This document shows, piece after piece, positions 39,650 to 53,104 of a DNA stretch of 64,000 bases (position 1 is its first letter; each line of letters opens with the position of its first letter). The notes beneath the pieces were generated by a model. The model saw only the letters and a list, made by a program, of their open reading frames with translations, was not told the DNA's origin and searched no databases. The DNA lies in contig OX597828.1 of NCBI GenBank assembly GCA_951406725.2, positions 29,264,001-29,328,000 of the forward strand. The letters run 5' to 3'. The stretch is from Octopus vulgaris. Taxonomy: Eukaryota. The translations under genes and the position numbers were made by a program.

Positions 39650-39931
39650 ACTGATTGTAGAATATAGTGCTCTGACGAAGATGTGCCTACTTGCCTCTTA
39701 TCGTCAGCATGCAACACAGAGGTAACCATGAAAGAGACGCAAGGATGAAACCTAGCGGTCTCCTTCCCTGGAAACCCACGAACGGACACGTCCAGGTATC
39801 GGCAGACCGAAAAGAGCATATATTATCAGGTTAAGGATATGAAAACTATTAACGAAAATTGGGGCCTCTGGACTTGAAGAGTTGCATTGGTCAATTCGCG
39901 AGACTTGATGATGATGATGATGATGACGATG
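39650..39931 (+). mobile_element. Decayed RTE-like LINE 3' end
   Basis: LLPWKPT-like motif similar to the 478-851 copy, followed by a (TGA)n tail. Confidence 0.45.
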
Positions 39932-40039
39932 ATATATATATATATACACACACAGGGTTTGGCCAATATTGAATCAAAACCATTTATTTCCATGATTTAT
40001 TTATGTTTAACAACTGAACGAATTTAATAAAAGCATCTA

Positions 40040-41035
40040 CTGGGTTGGCAACTAAGTTCCCGCCGTATTTTAAAATTTTGGAATTTATTGCGTTTTAAAA
40101 TTTTGGAATCTATTATTTTCGAGATTCTGTTTTTGAATCATTTTGGAATCTATTTTGTTTTTTTTTATTTCTAGGTAATTTTAGTTAATTTTTGTTTATT
40201 TTCAGATCATTAAAATGGAATGTCAAGTTAAGAAAAACGAGCATTTTCGACACCTCCTTCTTTTTGCTTTTAATCAAGGTTCTAAGGTCGCAAAAGCTGC
40301 TCGCGACATTTGTGCTGTGTACGGAGAGGGTGCCATCACTGAAAGAACCGCTCGTGATTGGTATGCCAACTTAAAAAATGGAAATTTTGACCTCAAAGAC
40401 GCACCTCGTTCTGGCAGTCCAGTTGAGTTCGATAAAGAGCGATTAAACTTTTGCACGAAAATTCTCGTCAAACGTCAAGGGAACTGGCAGAGAAAACGGA
40501 ATGCTTCCACACTGCTTTAGAGAAGCATCTTCACTCGATGGGAAAGATCCAGAAGTATGGATCGTGGCTTCCGCATGCTTTAAGTGACCCCCCACCTCAA
40601 AAAAAAATCAATGAGCCACAATCTCCGCTGGTTTGCTTGCTCGTCCCCGCTCAACTCATGGACACAAGCAATGATTTCTTTACCGAATCATTACTGGCGA
40701 CCGACGAAAAATGGTGCCTGTACATCAATATGAAGCAGCGTAAAGAATGGCTTAGCCCCGGTAAACAAGCGACACCGTGCGTGAAACAAGATCTTCATCC
40801 ACGTAAAATGATGTTGTGCGTATGGTGGGACTGAGGAAGGATTATCCATTACGAATTGCCTGAACGGAACCAAACGGTCAACGCGGAACTCTATGTTCAA
40901 CAGATGGAACGACTCAACACGGCTATTCAAGAGAAAAGACCTAATCATCAGCATGGAGTTCTGCTGCACGACAGCGCCCGCCCTCATATCGCCAATATGA
41001 CCAAAGAAGCCATTCAAACGCATGGCTGGGAAGAG
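40040..41035 (+). mobile_element. mariner transposon pseudogene, 3' truncated
   Basis: TA|CTGGGTTGGCAACTAAGTT TIR. Frameshifted transposase with HTH (FRHLLLFAF, WY..KNGNFDLKDAPRSG), WLPHAL, TDEKW, LCVWWD and LLHDSARPH. YSPDL and the right TIR are missing. Confidence 0.9.
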
Positions 41036-41177
41036 TAATATGCTTTATTTAAAGCAGCAGAAAATTCAACAAAACCTGTTACTCTGAGTTTCCCCGTTGC
41101 CGTTCATCGGACATGAACGGCAACGGGGAAACTCAGAGTAACAGGTTTTGTTGAATTTTCTGCTGCTTTAAATAAAG
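41036..41177. mobile_element. Short foldback copy of the same Penelope-like family as 29317-30233
   Basis: 65-bp inverted arms 41043-41107 and 41113-41177 with a 5-nt spacer, followed by (TA)n. Confidence 0.7.
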
Positions 41178-41230
41178 TATATATATATACATATAATATG
41201 TACATATATTTATACACACACACACACACA

Positions 41231-41280
<50 letters not shown>

Positions 41281-42287
41281 ATCACGTGACCGACCAGTCC
41301 ATTAGATGTACTTACACATCGCTGGTCGCAATGCGTTCCCATTGTTTTAGCCTTCGAATGACCCCACCTCGCTGGCTAAGCGAGCAGGCCAATATATATA
41401 TATATATATAATATATGTATAAACATACATACACATATACATATATATAAATACAAGCACACACACACACATACATACACGCGCGCGCACAAGCAGCTGG
41501 AGTTAATCTGGAATGCTGTTCGTAATTATATATTAACAAAGAGAGTTCTTGTTTGGCTTTTTTCTGTCGATTTTCTTTTGTTATTTTCATATAAAAAAAA
41601 AAATCATCTCTTTTCGTTAATAACAGAAATATATAAAAGATGAAAGTATTGTAACTGAATTGTTTTTTTTTTTATCTGTTGTTTTTAAACAAAAGAAATT
41701 AAAAAAAAAAGACGCGAAAATAGCAAAGCCAGGAATTATCGTTGAGCACATGAAGAACGAACATGCATTTGTCTTAGTATTTGTTAATTGCGTAAAACAA
41801 AAGATATGAAAATCTATAAGGTTGCAGTTTTTTGTCTTTTTAGGCTCCACGATGTTTCCCAGCACTTATTAAACGAATATAAAGGATAAAAAAAAAAAAC
41901 AGGCTGACCAAAAGAAAAAAAAAGAAGAAAAAAATGTGAAAAATACAATGGAGCAAACCCCTTTTTCGAAAATTGCTTTCTTGTAGCGTTAATGTATTAA
42001 TTTACATAAAGGAGAGAGAGAATAACAAGGAGAGGAAAGAAGGAAAAGAGAGAAGAAACTGGTCTAACGATCAAATAATTTTGATATCGATTTAGAACAA
42101 AAAAAGATTTCCTTTGAGATGCACCAAATGCGCTACCGACCAGGTTTAGATGTTCTGAACAAACGCCAACGAGTGAGTCTTTACGAGGGCGGTTATCTTG
42201 TTGGTAGAAATAGCAGCAGAATCTCTCATATATCATAGGCTGTTGTCTTAAGAAGGTGGGTAGCACATGGTATAACATACTCCAAGA

Positions 42288-42711
42288 GAGCTGGCGGAAT
42301 CGTTAACACGCCGGGCGAAATGCTTAGCAGTATTTCATCTGCGTTACGTTGTGAGTTCAAATTCCGCCGAGGTCGACTTTGCCTTTCATCCTTTCGGGGT
42401 CGATAAATTAAGTACCAGTTACGCACTGGGGCCGATGTAATCGACTTAATACCTATGTCTGTCCTTGTTTGTCCCCTCTATGTTTAGCCCCTTGTGGGTA
42501 ATAAAGAAATAGGCATTTCGTCTGCCGCTACGTTCCGAGTTCAAATTCCGCCGAGGTCGACTTTGCCTTTCATCCTTTCGGGGTCGATAAATTAAGTACC
42601 AGTTACGCACTTTCGGGGTCGATAAATTAAGTACCAGTAATCGACTTAATCCGTTTGTCTGTCCTCGTTTGTCCCCTCTGTGTTTAGCCCCTTGTGGGTA
42701 GTAAAGAAATA
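42288..42711 (+). mobile_element. SINE family B multimer inserted as one unit
   Basis: A 19-bp TSD GGTATAACATACTCCAAGA (42269-42287, 42712-42730) flanks two units plus an internal partial duplication. Confidence 0.88.
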
Positions 42712-43071
42712 GGTATAACATACTCCAAGATACACGCAGTCGGACTAAAAAGACAAATGAAACATAGACGAGATGTCTTTGATCCTGGGTCTGCCCGATC
42801 AGGACAGCAACGACGACGACCACGACGATGATGACGACGATGACGATGACGACGACGACGACGACGACGATGACAGCAATTTCTGAGATAAGTAATCTTT
42901 CACCTTTTACTTGTTGCAGTCATTGGACTGCGACCATACTGGGTCACTGCCTTGAAGGGTTTCAGTCGAATAAATAGATTCCAGTGCTTACCTTTTAAAG
43001 TTATTGATCTGTTTTGCTGAACAGCTAAGTTACGGGAGTGCAAATAAACCAACACTGGTTGTCAAGCGGTA

Positions 43072-43106
<35 letters not shown>

Positions 43107-43300
43107 GCACAAAAACAACGGCAGACATATACGATGGGTTTCCCCACAGTTTCCACCCACCAAATCCACACACAAAACATTGGTCAACTCAGCGTTATAG
43201 CAGAAGACGCTTGCGCAAGATATCGCGCAAACCACGTGATTTTTAAAGCGCGCTTCTTAACTACCACCACAAACATATATATGTACGATTTATATATATA

Positions 43301-43697
43301 CTAGCAGTATCCCCCGGCGTTGCTCGGGTTTGTAAGGGAAATAACTATATAAGCATTTTTAGAGAGTTATAGCCAAAAAAATAGCAAAAAAATGCATTAA
43401 AAATGGAAAAAAATGATGGTAAATTTTTTTTTAAATCGTTGACTCATCGTGGACATTTTTAGAGAGTTACTTCCCTTATATAATAGCGAAAAATGCATTA
43501 AAATGGAAAAAAATGATGGTAAATTATTTTTAAAATCGTAGACTCATCGTAGACGCGCGCTAATACCCAGAAGGACTCGATATGAATCACGACTATAAGA
43601 TACCCGGTTTTGGTTAAACTGCACCGCAAAATGTGGGAGTAGTTAGGAATCTAAATCGTAGGAGACAGACACACAACTTCACTTTTATATATAAAGA
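43301..43697 (-). mobile_element. Non-autonomous Helitron family H1
   Basis: Same termini and body as the 33455 copy. Confidence 0.8.
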
Positions 43698-43708
43698 TAT
43701 ATATATAT

Positions 43709-44385
43709 GATGATGATGAATGCCACTTCTTTACAGAAGAAGGCCATCTCTTCAATTAATAAATACTGTCATGAGATCTTATATGACTAGCAAGTTCTGC
43801 TCTTGACAAACAAACACTACTGCAGATCTGACAAATATTTTAAAGCAGAAAAGTGTCTGGGATTGTAGTTAAGTCCTGACTACGAAGTGCTCGTTTCAAG
43901 ATAGATTGTTCAATTCTTCGAGCTTCAAATGCTTTGCATCCATTGGAGATCATTTGTTTCCAAACCGATCGATCTAGCGTCATCTTCTCCCAGTCTTCTA
44001 CTTTCACTTTAAGGGCTTTCAGGTTTCTTTTGACAGCATCCCTAAAACGTTTCTTAGGTTTATGTCTCGGACGTTTGCCACGCAGCAACTCTCCGTAAAA
44101 CAACTGCTTTGGTAACCTGTAATCCTGCATCGTAGTAAGATGCTCAACCAAACGCATCTAATTGCGTATGAGGATCATTACAATACTGGATGTGTTTAGT
44201 TTGCTGAAGAACAACGGTGTCCGGTGTTAAAGACTTCCATTTGATGTCTAGTATCGTCCTTAGGCAAGTCTGATGGAATCTTCCTAAAGCCTTGATGTGG
44301 CGCCGATATGTCGTCCAGGTCTCAGAAGAGTACAGGAGGACTGTTAAAATGCAAGATTCATAGATTATAAGTTTGGTTTGGAAGG
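43709..44385 (-). mobile_element. RTE LINE 3' fragment
   Basis: LLYSSETWT, RFHQTCLRTIL, RLPKQLFYGEL..GKR and DRSVW motifs. (TCA)n tail. Confidence 0.82.
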
Positions 44386-44639
44386 TATGTATATATATAT
44401 ATATATAACGGTAAGCTTTATGAAAATAGACAAAAGACGAAGGCAGGTTTACGGAAATAAACAAAAGACGAAGGCAGGTGGAATACAAACAAACAATTGT
44501 ATATATATACGAGGGTAAGTCAAAATTTATCTACACTTTCGCCATAACATCTTTATTATTGTCACACATATTGGTTATTTCTCGCAGGTTCATTGTCCCT
44601 AACCCCACATAGGGACTCTGTTTTTGCTAGAAATCATAA

Positions 44640-45530
44640 TAATGTTGGTTTCTAGAATTGGGACAAGGTTATTATCCGTTTTAGGGGAGGGAGGAAGGGA
44701 GGATATTGTCGACTGCATCGACAACCAATACTTTACTAAGTCTTTATTTCATGAATCCTAGATGAATGGCTGAGTAATCCCTAATCAGATTTGAACTCTG
44801 GACGCGAAGGGACGTAATTAAAGGTCACATGATATTTTGTACGGCGCTTTATCGATTCTGCCGATCTACAGGCAGGCCTTGTGATTAGTTGTACTGTTTT
44901 GATTTCATCCTATCGTAGCCGATAAATTTAATACCGATCAAAAACTTGGGTTGATTCAATCGACCCCTTTTCCAACGAAAATATGTGGCCCTGTGCCAAA
45001 GTTTGATATCAATATTGATTCATTATCAGATTGGATAATCGATACAAGATTGAGTCCAGTGTTTTGATAAAGCTGATTTCTAAATTTGGTGCAAATCTTC
45101 AAATATGTAAAGAAGGGATGTAATCAATTGAAGAGAAACCCCTCCCATCTATATAAAAGGTTCTTATTTTATCGATCTCTTAGTGAAATGCAAAGTCGAT
45201 CACAGCAAGCTTTGAATCCCCATTGTCAAGGTACGTAACTCTGTACACTCCAATGTTCGGAGCTTTATCGAATCTGCTCTGTGCGTTTTAATGATTTTTA
45301 TATTTGACACAAAGCCAGAACAACAGGACTGTGGTCTATTTAATCAACTCCATTCCCAACATCTGACTGTTTCTTGTTTTATCGATCTCGGTAGAATGAA
45401 GTGAAATGCAAAGTCGATTCCTGAGGGATTTGAATTTATATTGTAAAGGGACGGCCATTAACTAAATACTGTAAGACGTTTTGTGTGGTTTGCTCTTGAG
45501 ATTTTTCTAGCTATCGTCTTTTGCTGCGTG
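44640..45530 (-). repeat. Cluster of highly decayed SINE-B-related units
   Basis: Recurring TTTATCGA..GCAAAGTCGA..TTTGAA motifs. Confidence 0.5.
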
Positions 45531-45732
45531 TGTTAATAACATCAAGTTCGGATTAGGAATATTGATGTCTGCAGAAGTGGAAATTCTGAGAATTGAAACA
45601 TTTTACAGCGTACAAAATGGGGGAAATATTAAGCGGGGTTATATTAAAAAGGGATGTTCGAAAAGAGGAACGAAAAAGAAAATAATTACAAAAAAAGAGA
45701 AAGTAAAAATGGAAGTAAAACAGAAAAGGAAA

Positions 45733-45794
<62 letters not shown>

Positions 45795-45985
45795 AATTGG
45801 ATGAGAGAGAAAGAATGAGGGAGAGGAAGATATATATTGAGAGATGAAGTGAAGAAGGGAGAGGAAGTGAGAGAGAAACAGATAGAGATATAGAGAAAGC
45901 GGTAAGAGAGAGAGAGATTTTGAGAAAGAGAATATGTATACGAGATTGTGTGTGGTGTCAATATATGCATGCGAGAATGATTGAA

Positions 45986-46017
<32 letters not shown>

Positions 46018-46109
46018 CAAGGAAAAACGGAGAAAGACAAAAAGCGGAAAAAGAAAAGATTTCAAACGTTGAGTGAAAGAAAGACGGAGAAGCAGAGCAA
46101 GAAAGGGAG

Positions 46110-46153
<44 letters not shown>

Positions 46154-46312
46154 AGGAGAGGGGAGGAAAACGAGAATCGAAGACGAGAGTGAATAAAAGA
46201 GATATTGAGAAGCTTGAATATGTATGTGACTGTGTGTATGTATTTGTATGTGTGTGTTTGCATGTATGTATGCATGTATATGGGCGTGTGCTTGTATGTA
46301 TGTGCATGAGAG

Positions 46313-46386
<74 letters not shown>

Positions 46387-46882
46387 AAAGAGAGAGAGAG
46401 AGAGAGAGAGAGTAAAAGAGAGGGAGAGAGAGAAAGAGGGTGAAAGAGAAACAATGAGTGGTAAAAGGGAGAGTTGATGGATAAAGACGGAGTTGAAGAG
46501 GGAGAAACGATAGGGAACGAGAAGAGGAAGCTAACGATAAACAAAAGAAGACCAATCCAAGCAGCAGATATTTCCAGAGAGAGCACAAAAATCCTTAATG
46601 AGAAGCGACAAAACCAAGAAAAGAAACAAAACAAATTTAGGGCGTATTTAATTATTGTATTAAGTTTTGGCGTGGTTACTGATCGAAAACGAGTCCTTTG
46701 TGAATGGTTTTAATGTTGGTCAGCTTAAGAGTCTGAACAATAGGTTGCCATAGTAACCATAGAAGATGATTACAGTACAAATATAGACAACTGTACTGGA
46801 AATTGCTTGTGGTAAAGTTTGATTTTCTCACAAGGTTTTCATTGAGAAGTTGTCTTTCTTCTGTTCCTCTTCGTGTCTATAT

Positions 46883-47094
46883 ACTCTTTTACTCTTTTAT
46901 ACTCTTTTACTTGTTTCAGTCATTTGACTGCGGCCATGCTGGAGCACCGCCTTTAGTCGAGCAAATCGACCCCGGGACTTATTCTTTGTAAGTCCAGTAC
47001 TTATTCTATCGGTCTCTTTTGCCGAACCGCTAAGTGACGGGGACACAAACACACCAGCATCGGTTCTGAAACAATGCTAGGGGGACAAACACAG

Positions 47095-47146
<52 letters not shown>

Positions 47147-47308
47147 GACAGGCTTCTTTCAGTTTCCGTCTACCAAATCCACTCACAAGGCATTGGTCGG
47201 CCCGGGGCTATAGCAGAAGACACTTGCCCAAGATGCCACGCAGTGGGACTGAACCCGGAACCATGTGGTTGGTTAGCAAGCTAGTTACCACACAGCCACT
47301 CCTGTGCC
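46883..47308 (-). mobile_element. SINE family A, full length
   Basis: Matches the family consensus seen in the other copies. Confidence 0.88.
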
Positions 47309-47665
47309 TATATGACAAACAAGAAAAATATTTGTTGAGGAATTTTTCTAATTTTAAGCTAATTTTAGTTGAAACATGGTTAGACAAACAATATATTATA
47401 GTGAAATTTAGTTATGAAAAATTGGAATTATTTGAAGTTTTTTTTCTAGAAAACAAACAAACAAACATACGACGAAAGAAATGCACAAATAAAGAAACGT
47501 AGATTAAGGATGGAGATCAGAGACACACAGAAAGGGAATAAACAAAACAGAACAACAATAAAACAAAGAAAAATAACAAACAAGAGTACAAAGTCAATAA
47601 TGTAAATATTTAATTCAATGAAAGCAAACATGACGGTCGTCAAGAGATTACTGGCTATGTTTGCC

Positions 47666-47840
<175 letters not shown>

Positions 47841-48136
47841 GCATATGTATACATGCATATATACGTGTGTGTATGTGTGGTATTGATAAAATAGAGAAAA
47901 TATACTGGGTTTCATATTTGATATTTTAGGCATTATTAAACATACTCGGGTTTCGGTAAATCAACCGACATGATTACACAATTGCTTGTTGAAAAATGAC
48001 ATAATCTTATCAATTCCCCCGTTGTGAAAATTATCATCAGTAGGGTGATGGAATACAGGGCAACAGTATCAGTAGGATACAGCAAAAAGCATGTAGAAAG
48101 GTTGAAACTACGCATCATTTCTCTCTCTCTCTCTCA

Positions 48137-48214
<78 letters not shown>

Positions 48215-48426
48215 ATCTATATATGTGTGCACTGGGACTTATACACTGGGGTGGAGGGAAGAAAAGAGAAAAAAAAAACGAATGCTAAAATATTTATTAC
48301 AGTAAGAAGTATGTTTAAAAGGTGAGTCTGAAACTTTCAGAATGCAACCAATCAGGTAAATTCATTTTACGGAAATGGACACAGTCGCCTTGAATCTGTA
48401 TTTGTGCAAATGAGGCAGCTCATGTA

Positions 48427-49046
48427 CCTTAATCCCTCGACTATCGCGGGTGTTACGTTCCAGAGAACCTCGGAATAGGTGAAAATCCGCGAAGTAGAAA
48501 CAGTACTGTACTGTATATACTCTTTTACTCTTTTACTTGTTTCAGTCATTTGACTGCGGCCATGCTGGAGCACCGCCTTTAATCGAGCAACTCGACCACG
48601 GGACTTATTCTTTTTGTAAGCCCAGTACTTATTCTATCGGTCTCTTTTGCCAAACCGCTAAGTGACGGGGACATAAATACACCAGCATCGGTCGTCAAGC
48701 AATGCTAGGGGGACAAACACACACGCGCATATATATACACATACATATATACGACGGGCTTCTTTTCAGTTTCCGTCTACCAAATCCACTCACAAGGCAT
48801 TGGTCGGCCCGAGGCTATAGCAGAAGACACTTGCCCAAGATGCCACGCAGTGGGACTGAACCCGGAACCATGCGGTTGGTAAACAAGCTACTTACCACAC
48901 AGCCACTCCTGCGCCTATATATATATTTAAAAAAAAGTATTTTCTTAATTTATATATATTTATTTTATTATAAATGCAAAACAACATGATGGAGCTTAAA
49001 TGATAAACCGCGATAGGTGAACCGCGATATAGCAAGGGATTATTGT
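48427..49046. mobile_element. Tigger/pogo-like MITE split by SINE A
   Basis: Ends TAATCCCTCGACTATCGCGG / CCGCGATATAGCAAGGGATTA with TA flanks. Confidence 0.6.
48518..48916 (-). mobile_element. SINE family A, full length
   Basis: Matches the family consensus. Nested in the MITE. Confidence 0.88.
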
Positions 49047-49130
49047 ATATAGAAAAAATTGAATGTGCTCTTACAATTTTACATCACATCCATTCAACTT
49101 TAATATATCTGCCTCGGTGTAATATAATAT

Positions 49131-49475
49131 CTATCCGCTCAGTCGAAGTCGACTCTCTGTTACTCGATGGATCAGTGTCCTCCAGTCAGTTCTCTCCTGG
49201 GCCGCTTCTTTCAGATTGGCTATGTCCATTCCGGTATCACACTTGATGGTGTCAAGCCAGCAGGTTCTTGGTCGGCCTCTTCCTCTCTTGCCACTGACCA
49301 TTCCGAGCATGATGTCCTTCTCCAGGGATTTTCTCCGCATAATATGACCAAAATATGCCAATCTATGCTTGGTGATCCTAGCTTCTAGCGACATTTCGGC
49401 CTTATCTGCTTAAGAACTTCTCCATTGGTGAGCCTCGCTGTCCATGGAAACCGTAAAAGTCTTCTCCAACACCAA
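49131..49475 (-). mobile_element. RTE/BovB-like LINE 3' fragment
   Basis: WCWRRLLRFPWTAR.TN.EVL, LAYFGHIMRR, SLEKDIMLG, KRGRGRPR..W and WR.LIHRVT motifs. Confidence 0.85.
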
Positions 49476-49994
49476 ATTTTGACAGGGTTTTTATGGCTGG
49501 ATGCCCCTCCTAACACCAACCACTTTGCAGAGTGGGCTGAATACATTTTACATGGCATAAGCACAAGTGAGGTCAGTTCTGGCATGGGTTTTATAGCTGG
49601 ACGGGCTTTCTGAATGCCAACCACTTTACAGTGTGGACTCAATACTTTGTAGATCTCTCATGGCAGATAAAATGTTGACACAAGAAATGAAAAGACATGC
49701 CATCATTGTTACCATATGTGCAGAACACAGATTCAGAAATTACCAAAATATGCCAATCTATGCTTGGTGATCCTAGCTTCTAGCGACATTTTCGGTGTAA
49801 TAGCGCTATTAAAATTTTATTTTTAACACTCTGTTATCAAAATCTAACTACATACATACAACGAACATCTAAACCTACAACAGCATAAATGAGTTTTTTT
49901 ATAAATATTTTACTTTCAAGCTGTAAATGTGAATTTCACATTTTGAGCCATAACTGCTGCACATACTCGATCGCGCATGCGCACGCACTCGTAA

Positions 49995-50074
<80 letters not shown>

Positions 50075-50174
50075 GTAAACGTTTATATGCACATGTATGC
50101 ATAACCCATGTATGTATAAATGTGTATTTATATGTGTGTGCGTGTATCTCTCTCTCTCCCTCTCTCTCTCTATA

Positions 50175-50209
<35 letters not shown>

Positions 50210-50249
50210 GTATATATGTCTTGTCCCAGTTTGTATTTTTCTACATATA

Positions 50250-50290
<41 letters not shown>

Positions 50291-50298
50291 TAAACATA

Positions 50299-50357
<59 letters not shown>

Positions 50358-50568
50358 CTGTATATTATATGATTATATCGAATTTTAACTACTGAAGTTA
50401 CGAGTTTCGAGGCAATAACCATTAAATTCTCTACTTTCCGTAAATTTGAATGAGACGTGCGTTTCCGCTACAGTAGAGGAATACACTTAGTTATATAGAG
50501 GCATACATACTTGCATACAAACATACATAAATGCAAACAAAAGCGTGTGCATATATAAGTATATATAT

Positions 50569-50700
<132 letters not shown>

Positions 50701-50756
50701 TATATATATATATGTTTACGTATATATCTACATATATCGATATGAAGCTGTATCCT

Positions 50757-50796
<40 letters not shown>

Positions 50797-51221
50797 TCTT
50801 TGTGTTTACGACTCGGACGACGGACCGACCCCATCACCCATGAAAAGAAGCGTTCTCTTCGACGGACATTCAACACAATCTCCTGTCAACGAAAATCTAC
50901 TCACAAGACTTCGGTCGATCCGAGGTCAATGATAGAAGATACCTGGTTCTATGCTTTGAGTAGTTGGGAGGATCGAACCGGAAACCACGAAGCTGCGAAA
51001 GTGAACGCCTTAAGCACACAGCCACGTTTGCGCTTATGTCGAAAGTTACAGAAAGTAACAATGTTTTGTGAAATATGAAATGTCTTTACTTGGAAAGCTG
51101 TTAGGGGTTAGGAAAAAAGTTGTTATCTCGTTGTAAAGCAATGATTCTGTAACAAATTTGTTTAAAACGTATCGCGAATTAATACGCTACCTTTTCGAAC
51201 AATTCATTCCTGGTTATTATT

Positions 51222-51614
51222 GGTGGAAGCACTCCGTCGGTTACGACGACGAGGGTTCCGGTTGATCCGAATCAACGGAACAGCCTGCTCGTGAAATTAA
51301 CGTGTAAGTGGCTGAGCACTCCACAGACACGTGTACCCTTGACGTAGTTCTCGGGGATATTCAGCGTGACACAGAGAGTGACAAGGCCGGCCCTTTGAAA
51401 TACAGGTACGACAGAAACAGGATGTAAGAGTGAGAGAAAGTTGTGGTGAAAGAGTACAGCAGGGATCACCACCATCCCCCCCCCTGCCGGAGCCTCGTGG
51501 AGCTTTTAGGTGTTTTCGCTCAATAAACACTCACAACGCCCGGTCTGGGAATCGAAACCGCGATCCTTTGACCGCGAGTCCGCTGCCCTAACCACTGGGC
51601 CATTGCGCCTCCAC
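51222..51614 (-). mobile_element. SINE family C
   Basis: Near-identical to the 36495 copy. 13-bp TSD CCTGGTTATTATT (51209-51221, 51615-51627). Confidence 0.88.
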
Positions 51615-51992
51615 CCTGGTTATTATTATAATGTTATTTAAACACTTGCGTAGAAAGCTTGAAGTGTTGGGCTGATCAATAAAAAACAATCAAAAGCAAA
51701 ACAAAAAGTCCCAAAACAAAATGGAATGGAATTCTGTTGTAGATTTGTGTAGTTTTTGGCTCAACATACAAAGGCCTATAGTTTTATTAGGAGCTTACAG
51801 GATTATTTGGTCCGAGCTAGTCCAGATTTTCGCGGTTGATAAAAGAACGAGACACCAGCCCAGGGCAGAGTTAATCCCCACGGATGCTGGGACACATTTT
51901 CAGCTGAGTGAAACTGGAGCACCATGAAATGGATTGTTTTGCCTAAAAGCACAAAACTCTGCTCGGTTTTGGGACCCGAAACTACGACATTA

Positions 51993-52056
<64 letters not shown>

Positions 52057-52198
52057 TTACGTATGCATCTACATATATCGATATGAAGCTGTATCCTTAT
52101 ACACACACACACACACACACACACACTAGGACCACTAGGTGAAACTCTTCTGCGTTTCGGCATAAGTAGATTTAAATAGAAAAGCTATCTGACTATAT

Positions 52199-52431
52199 AT
52201 TTCTTTACTACCCACAAGGGGCTAAACACAGAGGGGATAAACAAGGACAGACAAACGGATTAAGTCGATTACATCGACCCCAGTGCGTAACTGGTACTTA
52301 ATTTATCGACCCCGAAAGGATGAAAGGCAAAGTCAACCTCGGCGGAATTTGAACTCAGAACGTAACGGCAGACGAAAATACGGCTACGCATTTCGCCCGG
52401 CGTGCTAACGTTTCTGCCAGCTCGCCGCCTT
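52199..52431 (-). mobile_element. SINE family B, full length
   Basis: 18-bp TSD AAAGCTATCTGACTATAT (52181-52198, 52432-52449). Confidence 0.9.
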
Positions 52432-52441
52432 AAAGCTATCT

Positions 52442-52568
52442 GACTATATGGTGACTTATATGAAGGCCATGTGGAGACTATATGGAAACTATACGTAGAT
52501 TATATGAATGCTATATGGAGATTATATGACGACTATATGGAGAAAAATATGGAGATAATATAGAGACC
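52442..52568. repeat. Degenerate 11-bp minisatellite (GACTATATGGA)n
   Basis: About 11 imperfect units, read directly. Confidence 0.7.
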
Positions 52569-53104
52569 TGTTATATAGTTCGGTGTGCTTTTCTATCTGC
52601 ACGAATCTGATTCTTGGTTGGAAAATGATGAATTTTTTTATAAGGATTTCCTTGTGTTTGTTTCGACTTGGAAATAATTTGAAAGCTATCCAATCACCGC
52701 ATAGGCTTTTCGTTTGCCAGACCCCATTTTTGTAATTTAATGAAAAAATTGATAGCTTCTAAACTCCCCCAGGTTGTATTTGAAAGAAGCTTTTAAAGAA
52801 ATCTCTACATGTTGGCTCAGACTGTCAGATATAACAGACAAATCGCTCTCTAATAATGCACCACAGCCTTGGAGGTCACACTGGATTTATAAAATCCTAG
52901 ATACACTGTCCATTCAAAAAGAAGTTGGAATGGTCACGGCTTAAACACCTTTAATCATACACCTGCTCATTCAAGGCTGACCTGAATAAGAAAAACAAAA
53001 CAAAAACGAAACGAAGCAAAAATCTTCCGCATTTTCAGGCATACTTCCAGGATGTTTCGATTCATGATGCGACTTTAAATAAGACCTGTGGTCAGATGCT
53101 ATAA

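Noticed and set aside
45639-46634. 133-300-aa ORFs on the - strand
   Set aside because: They are translations of (CT)n/(CA)n/(TATC)n microsatellites.
47074-47502. Recurrent MLGGQT...RRHLPK ORFs and MRNWYL...RPRKDERQSRP ORFs as a gene family
   Set aside because: They are translations of SINE A and SINE B copies.
51540-51614. tRNA gene
   Set aside because: It is the tRNA-like head of SINE C, continuous with the SINE body and bounded by a TSD.
52442-52568. CRISPR-like array
   Set aside because: It is a contiguous degenerate 11-mer minisatellite without unique spacers, in a eukaryotic context with no cas genes.
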